IMG/VR virus record: IMGVR_UViG_3300025084_000046
Location: 1-48,392 of that record
DNA: 48,392 nt
Source: a virus
Taxonomy: Duplodnaviria; Caudoviricetes
Reading direction: 5' to 3' (one strand)
The notes under the pieces were generated by a model. That model was given only the letters and a program-made list of their open reading frames with translations, was not told where the DNA came from and did not search any database. The position numbers and the translations under genes were made by a program. This document shows positions 1-10,800 of this stretch, piece by piece (within the stretch, counting starts at the first letter, position 1; each line of letters starts with the position of its first letter).

Positions 1-36
1 TACTAATCTGACAGCACCCCCTACCCGTCCCACATA

Positions 37-534
37 ATGCAAGTTATTGATAACTTTTTGAATAAAGATCAATATCATGAATTGTATAATACCATGTTCT
101 CTGCGGATTTTCCATGGTATTATGCAAACAGTGTTATGCCTGAAGATCTAGTAACATGTAAAACGTTTGACAACTATCAATGGGGTCATTCTTTTTATAG
201 AGAGTATGCTTTTCAGAGTCAACATGCTATAATACTTCTTCCAATAATCAAAAAGTTAGATCCTGCTGCTATTGTTAGAATCAAAGGGTTAATGCTCTCT
301 AGAACTGAAGAGAATGTAGAGCATGGGATGCACGAAGACAATACGTTTAGTACAACCAATGCTCTATATTATCTTAATACTAATAATGGATACACTAGAT
401 TTGAAAATGGTAAAAAGGTTGACAGTGTTGCCAATCGTATGCTAATATTCCCTAGTGGGATCAAACACACAGGAGCAACATGCACAGATCAAAAAGTGAG
501 ATGTGCCATTAACTTCAATTACTATTGTAAGTAG
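37..534 (+). CDS. 2OG-Fe(II) oxygenase superfamily protein
   Basis: HxD (HED), distal His (KHTG) and Arg (VRCAINFN) in a YYLNTNNGYT..RMLIFP beta-helix; typical cyanophage family. Confidence 0.85.
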   Translation: MQVIDNFLNKDQYHELYNTMFSADFPWYYANSVMPEDLVTCKTFDNYQWGHSFYREYAFQSQHAIILLPIIKKLDPAAIVRIKGLMLSRTEENVEHGMHEDNTFSTTNALYYLNTNNGYTRFENGKKVDSVANRMLIFPSGIKHTGATCTDQKVRCAINFNYYCK

Positions 535-536
535 AA

Positions 537-609
537 GCTTCCTTAGCAATCTGGTGAATGCAGCAAACTCATAATTTGCCTAAGGAGAGTTCGATCCTCT
601 CAGGAAGCA
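537..609 (+). tRNA. tRNA with CAT anticodon (elongator Met or Ile2)
   Basis: Acceptor GCTTCCT/AGGAAGC, anticodon arm GCAAA-CTCATAA-TTTGC, T-loop GTTCGAT; no encoded CCA; lacks the initiator GGG/CCC anticodon stem. Confidence 0.9.
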
Positions 610-612
610 TCT

Positions 613-696
613 GCGAGTATGGCGGAATCGGTAGACGCACCAGACTTAAAATCTGTTGAGAGCAATCTCGTGGGAGTTCAAGTCTCCCTACTCGCA
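613..696 (+). tRNA. tRNA-Leu(TAA)
   Basis: Acceptor GCGAGTA/TACTCGC, D-loop GGTAGACGC, anticodon loop CTTAAAA, long variable arm GAGAGCAATCTC, T-loop GTTCAAG. Confidence 0.95.
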
Positions 697-735
697 TTCC
701 TGTTAAATATATCATTAACAGGAAACCATGACATT

Positions 736-1017
736 ATGGCACAATTTCGGTACACAATCTCACGTAAGCATGTATTTGTAGACAATGTACCTGTTTTGAT
801 GTATTATGTTGAAAGTATGCCATTTGCTTTTGATGTCCTCGAAGATGAGGATAAAAATGACAAATGGATACTCGCAGAAGCAGCACTTAATGAAGAGTAT
901 ACTATGGAGGATATCTTCAAGTATTCTGATTACTTGATTGCTGAAGAATGCCACCCTGTATTATTTGAATTAGATCTTATTAATCCTGAAGTGATGCCCG
1001 ATGAACACGTTTCTTGA
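736..1017 (+). CDS. hypothetical acidic cyanophage protein (93 aa)
   Basis: Start moved from 619 to ATG 736 because the upstream part is tRNA-Leu; overlaps the cpeT start. Confidence 0.7.
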   Translation: MAQFRYTISRKHVFVDNVPVLMYYVESMPFAFDVLEDEDKNDKWILAEAALNEEYTMEDIFKYSDYLIAEECHPVLFELDLINPEVMPDEHVS

Positions 1018-1525
1018 ATTATTTGAGGGAACTTTTGCTAACAAACGTCAAGCACAAAGTCATCCTACTCGTTATGCTCACATTCGTGTTAGTCATCGTA
1101 AGATTGGGGAGACTCGATTTTATGGAGAACAGGCATACAACTATCAATTAGATCGTCCTTACAGACAATTTGTAATTGATGTAGTTGATGAAGGTGATTA
1201 CCTTAGACTAAAGAATTACGAAATCAGAACACCATCAGATTTTGTTGGATGCAGGAATCTTGATAAACTTACTGATGACCTCTTGACATATCGAGAGGGA
1301 TGTGATAATATTATTAAGGAAACAGCAACAAAAACATTTACCGGTAAGAATGATACTTGTGAATGTTATGTAATGCGTGGAGGAGTTAGAACTTATGTTA
1401 ATAACGAAGTTCTTCTTACTGAAACAAATTACCAAGTAATGGACCGTGGTCTTCATTCAGAAACTCATCAAAAAGTATGGGGATCTGATTACGGTCCATT
1501 CAATTTTACTCGTATGGGGTTGTAG
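1001..1525 (+). CDS. cpeT: CpeT/CpcT family (T-type) phycobiliprotein lyase
   Basis: FxNKRQAQSHPTRYAHI, FYGEQAY..PYRQ, REGC, DRG...VWGS..GPFNF motifs of the CpcT/CpeT family. Confidence 0.92.
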   Translation: MNTFLELFEGTFANKRQAQSHPTRYAHIRVSHRKIGETRFYGEQAYNYQLDRPYRQFVIDVVDEGDYLRLKNYEIRTPSDFVGCRNLDKLTDDLLTYREGCDNIIKETATKTFTGKNDTCECYVMRGGVRTYVNNEVLLTETNYQVMDRGLHSETHQKVWGSDYGPFNFTRMGL

Positions 1526-1589
1526 CTCAGTTGGTTAGAGCGCCTGCCTGTCACGCAGGAAGTCGTGGGTTCAAGTCCCATCAATCCCG
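1516..1589 (+). tRNA. tRNA-Asp(GTC)
   Basis: Acceptor GGGGTTG/CAATCCC, anticodon arm CCTGC-CTGTCAC-GCAGG, T-loop GTTCAAG; overlaps the last 10 nt of cpeT. Confidence 0.95.
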
Positions 1590-1592
1590 TAT

Positions 1593-1664
1593 GCCAAACT
1601 AGCTCAGTGGTAGAGCAGGGCTTTTGTAAAGCTCAGGTCGCAGGTTCAAATCCTGTGTTTGGCT
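1593..1664 (+). tRNA. tRNA-Thr(TGT)
   Basis: Acceptor GCCAAAC/GTTTGGC, anticodon loop TTTGTAA, T-loop GTTCAAA. Confidence 0.93.
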
Positions 1665-1669
1665 CTCGA

Positions 1670-1742
1670 TCCTCTATAGCACAATTGGTAGTGCGCGAAG
1701 CTGTTAACTTTGAGGTTCTTGGTTCGAGTCCAAGTGGAGGAG
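1670..1742 (+). tRNA. tRNA-Asn(GTT)
   Basis: Acceptor TCCTCTA/TGGAGGA, anticodon loop CTGTTAA, T-loop GTTCGAG. Confidence 0.93.
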
Positions 1743-1744
1743 TT

Positions 1745-1849
1745 ATGTATAGAACAACGTATAAAGAACAATTTGGATACATTTACATGTGTCTTAAAGA
1801 AATAGCATTAATGCTTATTCTCAGAGATAGGTATAGACCCCGTGTATAA
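1745..1849 (+). CDS. possible small hypothetical protein (34 aa)
   Basis: ATG right after tRNA-Asn, whose 3' end GGAGGAG could act as a Shine-Dalgarno. Confidence 0.35.
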   Translation: MYRTTYKEQFGYIYMCLKEIALMLILRDRYRPRV

Positions 1850-1852
1850 ATA
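1845..1852 (+). promoter_or_regulatory. T4-type late promoter TATAAATA
   Basis: Exact gp55 consensus 40 nt upstream of the giant virion gene. Confidence 0.85.
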
Positions 1853-1892
1853 AATCCTAGGATAAAAGATATACCGCAGGGTCAGATTAATC

Positions 1893-4800
1893 ATGCCTTT
1901 AACACGTCTGGATAACCTTATCAGCAGCAAAACTGGTAAGTATCTTTATGTTTCTCCTGATGATTTCAACGCTACAGATGCGTTATCGAATAGAGGTAAC
2001 TCACCTGTAACACCATTCAAGAGCATCCAGCGTGCTTTTCTAGAGATTGCAAGATACTCGTATCTTCCTGGATTTGGTAATGACAGGTTTGACCAGTTCA
2101 GCATTATGCTGATGCCTGGTATCCATTACATTGATAACCGTCCTGGTCTTGTAGATACTAGTGGTATCTCTGCGTTTGGTTTTGATCAAGCAAATAACGA
2201 GTGGACAGACAATTCCATTCTTGATATCTCTAATCCTGATAACGTACTATACAAGTATAATAACACTGAGGGTGGTGCTATCATCCCTAGGGGTTCATCT
2301 CTGGTAGGTTATGATCTTCGCCGTACTGTTGTTCGTCCTCTATATGTTCCTGACCCTGCATCAGTAACTGTTCCTCGTTCTGCTATTTTTAATGTAACAG
2401 GTGGTTGTTATTTCTGGCAGTTCACTATCAAAGATGGTCAGACTACTGCTGAGTCTCCTCTCTTTAATACTGTAGAGGGAACTGGTGAGGTATACTACGA
2501 TCCTTATGATTTCACTAGAAAAACTGCTCCTAACTATTCTCACCATAAATTAACTGTATTTGAATACGCAGACACAGAAGAGTTGTCTCTATTCTACAGA
2601 AAGATTGCTAAAGGTTTCTCTGATTATCAACCAACAATTGATGATCCTGGTGAGTTTGACTTTAGAATTCAGGAGAACCGTATTGTTGGTCCTCTATCTG
2701 ACTCTAGAGTTATTGAGTCATTAACACTTAATGATGCTACAACTATTCCTAGTATTGCTGCATCAACATCTAAAATTGAAGTAACAACTAAGGTAGACCA
2801 CGGATACTTTGCTGGTCAGTTTGTTGCTATTTCCAATACAAATATCGATAGTGTTTTGGAAGGTATCTTCCCAATCATTGATATTGATCAAAATGATCCA
2901 CGTAAGTTTACTTACGAAGTTGCTGAAGTTGTCAGCGCAATTGGTACAGGTATTGCTTCGGGTCAAACTGTTAGTGTAGATACTACTCCAGCACTCGGTC
3001 AGAACGCTCAGACGCTCGCTGAAGTTGATAGTGTAGAGTCTGCCTCTCCATATGTCTTTAACTGCTCTATCCGCTCTACGTGGGGTATTTGTGGCATCTG
3101 GGCAAACGGTCTTAAGGCGACTGGCTTTAAGTCAATGGTCATAGCTCAATATACGGGCGTTTCGCTTCAGAAGGATGACAGAGCATTCATCCGTTATGAT
3201 GAGTATTCTAACACCTGGAACCAAGCATCACTAACTGATGCTTTTGCGACTGTTCCTTATCACGCTAAAGGTGATTCTTATTGGAAGGATGAATGGAGAA
3301 ACTTCCACGTTCGTGCTTCGGAAGATGCGTTCATCCAGAACGTTTCTATCTTCGCTGTTGGTTTCGCTGATCACTTCCTGATGGAAAGTGGTGGTGATAT
3401 GTCGATCACCAACTCGAACTCTAACTTTGGTAACACATCTCTACATGCTATTGGTTTCAAAGGATTTGCCTTTAACCAAGATAAGGGTGGTTTCATTACT
3501 GATATCATTCCACCAGAAGCAGTTGATAGTGGTGCTGCTAATATCAAGAAAACTCAATACTATACTATTGATATTTCTGGAACAACTCAAGATACTAATA
3601 ACTATACTAAATTATTCCTTGGTAGTGAAGACATTACTAGTCCCCTAGATCGCCCTGCCGTATCTATTGGCGGATATAGACTTGGTTCTAAGTCTGGGGA
3701 AAAACTATATGTTAGACTAGATCCAGCAGTTGCTGGTGGAACTGAAGAGTTTAACGCAACTCTAGAACCAACTGGATTTGTTAAGTATATTGCTGCTCCT
3801 CAAATTCTTAATCCTTCTGGATTCGCTATCAACAACATCTATGCAGATGCTGCTAACTTAATTGAAAGCAACCGTAAGATGATCCAAGAGGAAGTCTTTG
3901 GATATATCATTGAGAAGTATCCAAGACTTCAGGATATTTCTTATGTTAATCCTGGAAGAGATCCTAATGCGAATCGTTATTTCGATGCTCGCAATCTAAT
4001 TATTGCTAATAGACAGAATATCATCAACGCGACTATACAGTCTTTGGGAGTCTTTAGTCCTGGTTCTCCTGTTAGTGTTAACGATATTGGTGTTATTGTT
4101 GATGCCGTAGCGGAAGATTTAAGAGACGGTGGTAACTATAATACAGTTGCTGCAGTACAAGGATTCTTTGCTAATGATACAGCACTTACTGGACTGTTAG
4201 TTGGTCAAGAAGAAAATCTACTTTGGGCATTTAGAAGAGCTCGCGATCTATGTAAGCAAGCAGTTGCTAATTTACTAAGTGTAAAAGCAAATCTATATGA
4301 TCCTGTTCCTTTCGCAGACAGTCCTTATAATTTCTATAGTAATCTTCCATGTGGCAGTATTACTTCTGGTAAGACAGGATCTCAAGCAGAGAATGACGGA
4401 GACACTACAAATGGTGTCACTATTGATCTAGCACAGAAAATTGATCCTGCTGCTAGGTATAGAGACACATACAATTTAATTACAGAAAACAGAGATTATA
4501 TTCTTGATAATGCTCTTGCTGAAATTGCTGTTTATGATGGAGCTCCATTCTTCTCCTTCCCTGGAGATCCTGCTGAGACTGCTAGATCTAGATTTAAGAC
4601 AGCATATCGTTTAATCAGAAGAAACAAAGCAGATGCCCAAGACTATGCTATTGGTCAGGTCTCTGTTTTATATCCATCGTTCGTCTTCCCTGGTGGATCT
4701 GATAAGTGTAAGAGAGATATTGGATACTTCATCGATGCTGTTGCGATGGATATTTTCCTTGGTGGTAACTTATGGAGCAGTACTTTCATCAACAAATATT

Positions 4801-7800
4801 TCTCTGGCACCGGTCAGTGGATCACTGGTGGATTGCAAGGTGAAGAACTACAAAGCATTGCCGCATATAATGCTGCTAGAGATTATCTGCAGGATGCTGT
4901 ATCTAATCAACTAACTTCTGGATATCAAGATCTTACAGTTTCTCCTGGTGAATCAATATATGGAGATGGAAATGGAGATGTTGTTAATACTGACACCACT
5001 GCTTGTGCTGACGTACAAAATGCCATTTCGTCTCTAACATCAATTGTAACTCAATGTATTAGTGATGGTAATAATGATAGTATTACTGATTCAAATAACG
5101 CAAACTATGTTGTTCCTACACAAAGAGATTTACTAACAGGTGCGAGTAAGTGTAGAAGAGATATCGGACATATTGTTGATGCCATAAGACAAGATCTTTG
5201 GTTTGGTGGTAATGCTTATTCCATCGCGATGGCGAAAACATATTTCAATCGCTTTGGTGGACCAATTAGTACTGGTCTTTCTGGAGAAGAATCACCATCT
5301 ATCACAGCATTTAAGAGAGCCGCTGATGCTATTAACTTAGCAATCAACAACCAACTATACTATAAAGATTCTACAATTACGCTTGATCAAGTAGGAGATC
5401 CTCCTATTGTATCCGATATGAATGCGGATGCTTATGATCTTGTATTAGCAAATAAGAAGTTTATTGCTAAGCAAGCATATGAAACAATGAAGGAATCATA
5501 TCCTTCATACACTCCTCAAGCAGATAATACTGAGCAAGACTGTTTAGATGATGTCTATAACGTCTTAGAAGAAGTTATGTATGATGTTAAGTTTGGCGGA
5601 AATGCTAAAACTTATGATTCTGCAGAGATTTACACTACCAATGTAATGCCTTACTTTGGTTTAAGTAAGAGAAGAAAGCAATTTACTCCTAGTAATGTAT
5701 CTTACGATCCAGCAACAGGTTTATCTGTGTTCACTATTCCTGGTCATGATATGACACAGGGTGGATACATTAGAGTTGATACTGGAAGTGTCATCTTTAC
5801 GTGTACTATGGATGGCAACCAGACACAACATGCTTCACCAAGTGCTGATGATCCTTATGCTGGTCAGTGGATGGTAATCACAGAAGCAGATGCTTCTACT
5901 ATAACTGTCAATGTTGGTCCTTCTGGCGCTAATGAGAGTTTCAATCCAACCAATGCAGTATACAACTCCACGACTGGTGATATGGAAATCACCATTGGAA
6001 ATCATTCCTTGAGTATTACTGAAGGTGTTATTCTTGCTGATAATTCATTCACTTTTACTTGTGATCAAGATAATAATGTAACTCAGCATACTTATCCACG
6101 TCCTGGATCTGATCCTTGGGCAGGTAAGTCTATTCCTATCACTGATGTCAGTGCCACCACAATCACCGTTAACGTTGGTAATGCTGGATCTGCTGCTGGT
6201 GTGCCGCATACCTTTGTAAGTGCTGCTGCTGGTGCTGTACAACATAATCCACAATCTGCTCATACATTTGTTTCTGCAACTAATAATTGTGTTAATTATG
6301 GTGTTGCTGCAGCAACATTCTTAGATCCTGAGCGTGATGAAGCAGCTGCTGTATTTACTGCTGCTAAAAACCTTATCGCTGATGTTCTCAGGAACATATC
6401 TATTACTGCTAAACCCAATAACTTAGAAACTCAGGTAATTGACAACAACATTGTTACTGATTGGGATACTCCTGCTTGTGTTGATGCTATTAACGCAACA
6501 ACCAGCAATCTAGACACTATCATTCAAGCAATTGGAACCGATGTTGGTGTTGGAAATTTAAATGGTATTTCTAGAACTGTACCAACACAACCAAGTACAA
6601 GTAGTGTTCTACCACAACCAGGTGGATATGTAGCAGGTAATTGTTCTGATGTTGTATCTACTGTTAATACTTTAGTTGAAATTATTTGTGATACAACTGC
6701 TGCTGGTAATCTAGATAGTCTTCCTCCACTGGATCAAGGTGAGTGGGATTGTGCTAACGTTCGTGGATCTATTGAGACTCTATTTGATATCGCTGATGAT
6801 GCTTTCTCTGTAACTTCACTGACAACTCTGCCTGTTATAACAAGAGGTGGATTTACTACAGATGCTGAGCAATCGAAGTGTTATCGTGATGTTTCATACA
6901 TCGTTGATGCCGTTGTTAACGACCTAAGATTAGGCGGCAACATTAACTCGGTACAAGCAGGTGAAGCATACTATGTTGGCAACAACCTAACTTACATCGA
7001 TGGCGAGAAGACTGAAACTCTTGATGCATGGAACTACGTTGGTCAGGTAGCAACTGCTGCCATGAGAAACTTTGATGTTTGGGTTGAGGGTTGTAGCACA
7101 ACTGCTGGCAGTGCTATTGTTGATGTTAATGATACTCGCGGTATTCTAATTGGTATGCGAGTAGTTGAGTATAACAGCAATAATATTGTTAATGGACTTC
7201 TTACTCCTGGATCTCCTCCGGTTTCTTCTACAATTCAAGAGAACGCATTCGTTAAGAGAATTGTAAGTAGCACTCAAATTGAACTTGGAGTTCAAAATTC
7301 GAGATTTGATTTTGGTAATACTATCAACGCACAGCAAACTAATACTAGTGGATTAGGTTTATACTTCACATTTGAAAAAGGTCAGTGGGCAGATACTTTA
7401 CCTAAGACAGTAATTGTTGGACCAGCTGGTTCTGTTCCTGCTCCTGATGTACTAGTAGATACAACTCCTGGTCTTGAGTGTTCTGGAACTGCTGATGCTA
7501 TTACCACTTTGATTGGTAATATTACTACTGTTATTAACAGTGGTGTGGGATCAGTTGATAGAGAAGAGCAAACCGCTAGTGTTTCACTATTTGCGTCTAG
7601 AGCAACTGTATTTACAATCAATACTTCTGGTGTTGGTGCTTCCAATCCACATGACTTTGAAACTGGAACACCAGTTAGATTAGTCCCACGTCCACGTTTT
7701 GATGTTGCCTCTGGTAAATATGTTGATGTTGATAAGCGTCTTGTTAGACTACCTAATGGATTTGAAACTAATAGAACTTACTATGTAATTGCTCCTGGTA

Positions 7801-10800
7801 GAAGAACACAACCAGAAAATTATTCTACCACTACATTCTTTAATGGTAGTGATCAGACTAAACTGATGTTGGCAACTTCTAAAGAGAATGCTGCAGCAGG
7901 TATTTACATCTATGCTTCTGAGTCTGAGTCTATTGATGCTAACGTTGAAATTGATATCTATCAGTTCATCCTTGATGAGAAGTATGATCTACACACATAT
8001 AAAGCTAAGTTAACTAATTCTGTTAACGCTGGTATTGAAACTGAAGTATCGCATATCTTTGACGTTCCATTCTCTTCTGTAACACCTCATGAAGTATTCA
8101 TTAGAGCATTCGACGGTGAAGTACTTCCTGATGTTTCTACGACATATGCTAACGATAGTGATGTAGCAGTAGTTGACGTATCAGATTCTAACTTTGGTAA
8201 GATTAATCCTAACAAGTCATTCTTTGCTCGTTATCAGAATGATAGAGTCTTTACGATTCATAAGACTCATGCTGATGCTATTAATAATGTATTCCCAATT
8301 ACATTTACAGCAGGTCAAAGTGCTGGGTTTAGAATCTTCTCTAACAAGCGCAGAAGTCCTGTAAAATATGATCCTGGATTTAGTAATGGTCTTATCACTA
8401 CTGGCAAGTGGTTCGTTAATTGTAAGGATGAAGGATCATCCAGCGTTTCTCAGTCAATCAGAGATGAGAATATTTTCTGGAGAATCAAACAGCAAGATCT
8501 ATCAGATCGTCCAAGATCTACAGATATGTGGTTCACTCGTCTAGAAGATGAGCGTGAAGCAAATGATAGAACATACAAACTACGTTATGTTATTCCTAAG
8601 TATCTTGAAAACGCAAGAGATCCTATTAACGGATTTGTTATCAAGACAAGAACTGATGACACACGTAAGTTAGTACCACAAAAACTTCTTTTAAAACCTG
8701 TCGCTGGTACTGTATATGGTGCTCGTTTCAGCAACCCAGTTCAACCAAATGAATTTATTGGATTTACGGATAATGATTTTGTTCTTTCTAATTTAAATTC
8801 TGATAATGCATATGATCCATATAAGAAAGATCAAACCGGACAGGGTATCGAATATCGTGCGTTTGCTAAGTTCTCCTCTGGTATTCAAGCAACTATCCAA
8901 TCTGGTCGTTATGTACAAGATCGATTAGATCCAACAATCAACTATCTTGAGTTAACTGTATTTGATCATGGTGTTGATACACTTAATTTCCCTGGTCTAC
9001 GAAACGAATCATTTACTACCGTTCAGATTAATGCACCTCAGGGTGGATCATTTGTAGTTAATAAAACTGCTAGTATTGTTGCTAATCAGATTGAATGGAC
9101 TGGAAACTCTTCTGGTCTTGCCAACATTCATGCCTATTACACAATTGGTGGACTACATTACCTAATTCTGAAAAATATTCGCGGCGGAAAATTAGAGTAC
9201 TCAGAGTACACTAATACCAGATTCACTCAGGGTAGTGTTTTTGCTGACATGCTTGATGACCAGGACTATGGCAAATCGCTACCTCTAAAAACACTAATCG
9301 CGAAAAAATATCCGGAGTATTATTACAAGCAAAACGGCGCTAACGTTTATACTATCACTCCTGGTGATCGTGTTCAAGATGACGCTGGTATTGAATATTA
9401 TGTCGAAACTGTTGAAGATGCTGGAATTATTGAAGACACATTCTATGTCTTTAGTTATGAAACTCTTCAGCGTAGAATTGCTGGTCAGCAAGACGGTATC
9501 TATTACTTAAGTTGCTTACGTGGTAATATTTCACCATTCCCAACTGGTGCTGGTGTTGCTGAGAACTTTAAGAAGTTTAACTTCTCTCAACCAGTTAGCA
9601 GTTTGTATCCTCTTAACTATAAGAACGATCCTCTTTGGTTCCAGAAAGCAGGTACATCAACACAAGAACTTAATCTTGCTTCTCAGTTGCTTGATCCTCC
9701 TGCTACAATCTCTGCTGCTGACAACTATGTTCACGGTTTAGTTACAACGAATGATTTCAAAAATTCTGTAACAAAAGAACTGGTTCAGGATCTTGTATTG
9801 CAATCAGCATTTGTAAATAACACATATTCTACAGGAAATAATCAACTTAGAGCACAAACTGGTAATGCAACTTCTGGTTCTGAAGATCGTAGGATTGCGA
9901 TTGTTGGTGATAGTACCGTAGTTGCTGATCAGCGTTATTATGTTGAACTTAGAAGACCTTCTATTGCTCGTGCTGGTAATCACACGTTTGAGTATCTTGG
10001 ATTCGGTCCAGGAAACTACTCTACAGGTCTTCCTGCGCGTCAGGAGATCGTCTTAACACCTACTGAGGACTTCTACGCCCAAAGTAAGAAACAAGACGCT
10101 GGTATTGTCTTCTATACGGGTCTAAACTCTAACGGTGATCTTTACATTGGTAATCGTAAGATTAATGCTATTACCGGTGAAGAGACATTCTTAGAAAGAG
10201 CAGTTCTTGCAGATAGTGAGGATGACAATGAGGATATTGGTAATTTGGTTACATCATTCGATACTCCTGTAACGTTCAATCAGAACATTACAGTTGTTGG
10301 TGGTGATGGTTCACAGCAAAACGTATTCCAGTCTCCTCTGATCGTTTCGGTTCAGGACAATGACTTAACTGAAGTAAGAGATTCTTTCACAGTTCGTTCC
10401 AACGTATCTAGTATAGATCCTGTTACTTTAGATGAGCAAGATGAGACTTTAGATAGAACCAATTTCCAACCACCAAATTCTGGTGATGTTAGAATTAGTA
10501 AGAATAGAGTTGATGCTGCTGTATTTGGATTTAATTCCAGAGGAATGGGTCAGAAGTATCAAATTCAAACTCATATTACTTCTGGTGTTCCTTCTAATAT
10601 CACACCAAACAACTCTGCTACAATTGCGTCTGGCGGCAGTAGATTACTCTCTTCTCAATTCGTAGATTATAGTGGTGTTGCTGCTAAACCTGGTGATATT
10701 CTCCTCAAAGGAAAGCAGATTGGAAGAACTGGTTCTCTGGGTTGGGTTTATGCAAACTACTTCGCGCAGATTCCTACTAATAATATCTTTACTATTGAGT

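Noticed and set aside
619-735. N-terminal extension of the 132-aa ORF
   Set aside because: It overlaps tRNA-Leu; the real start is more likely ATG 736.
1565-1744. 94-aa ORF 1565..1849
   Set aside because: It mostly translates the Asp/Thr/Asn tRNA genes.
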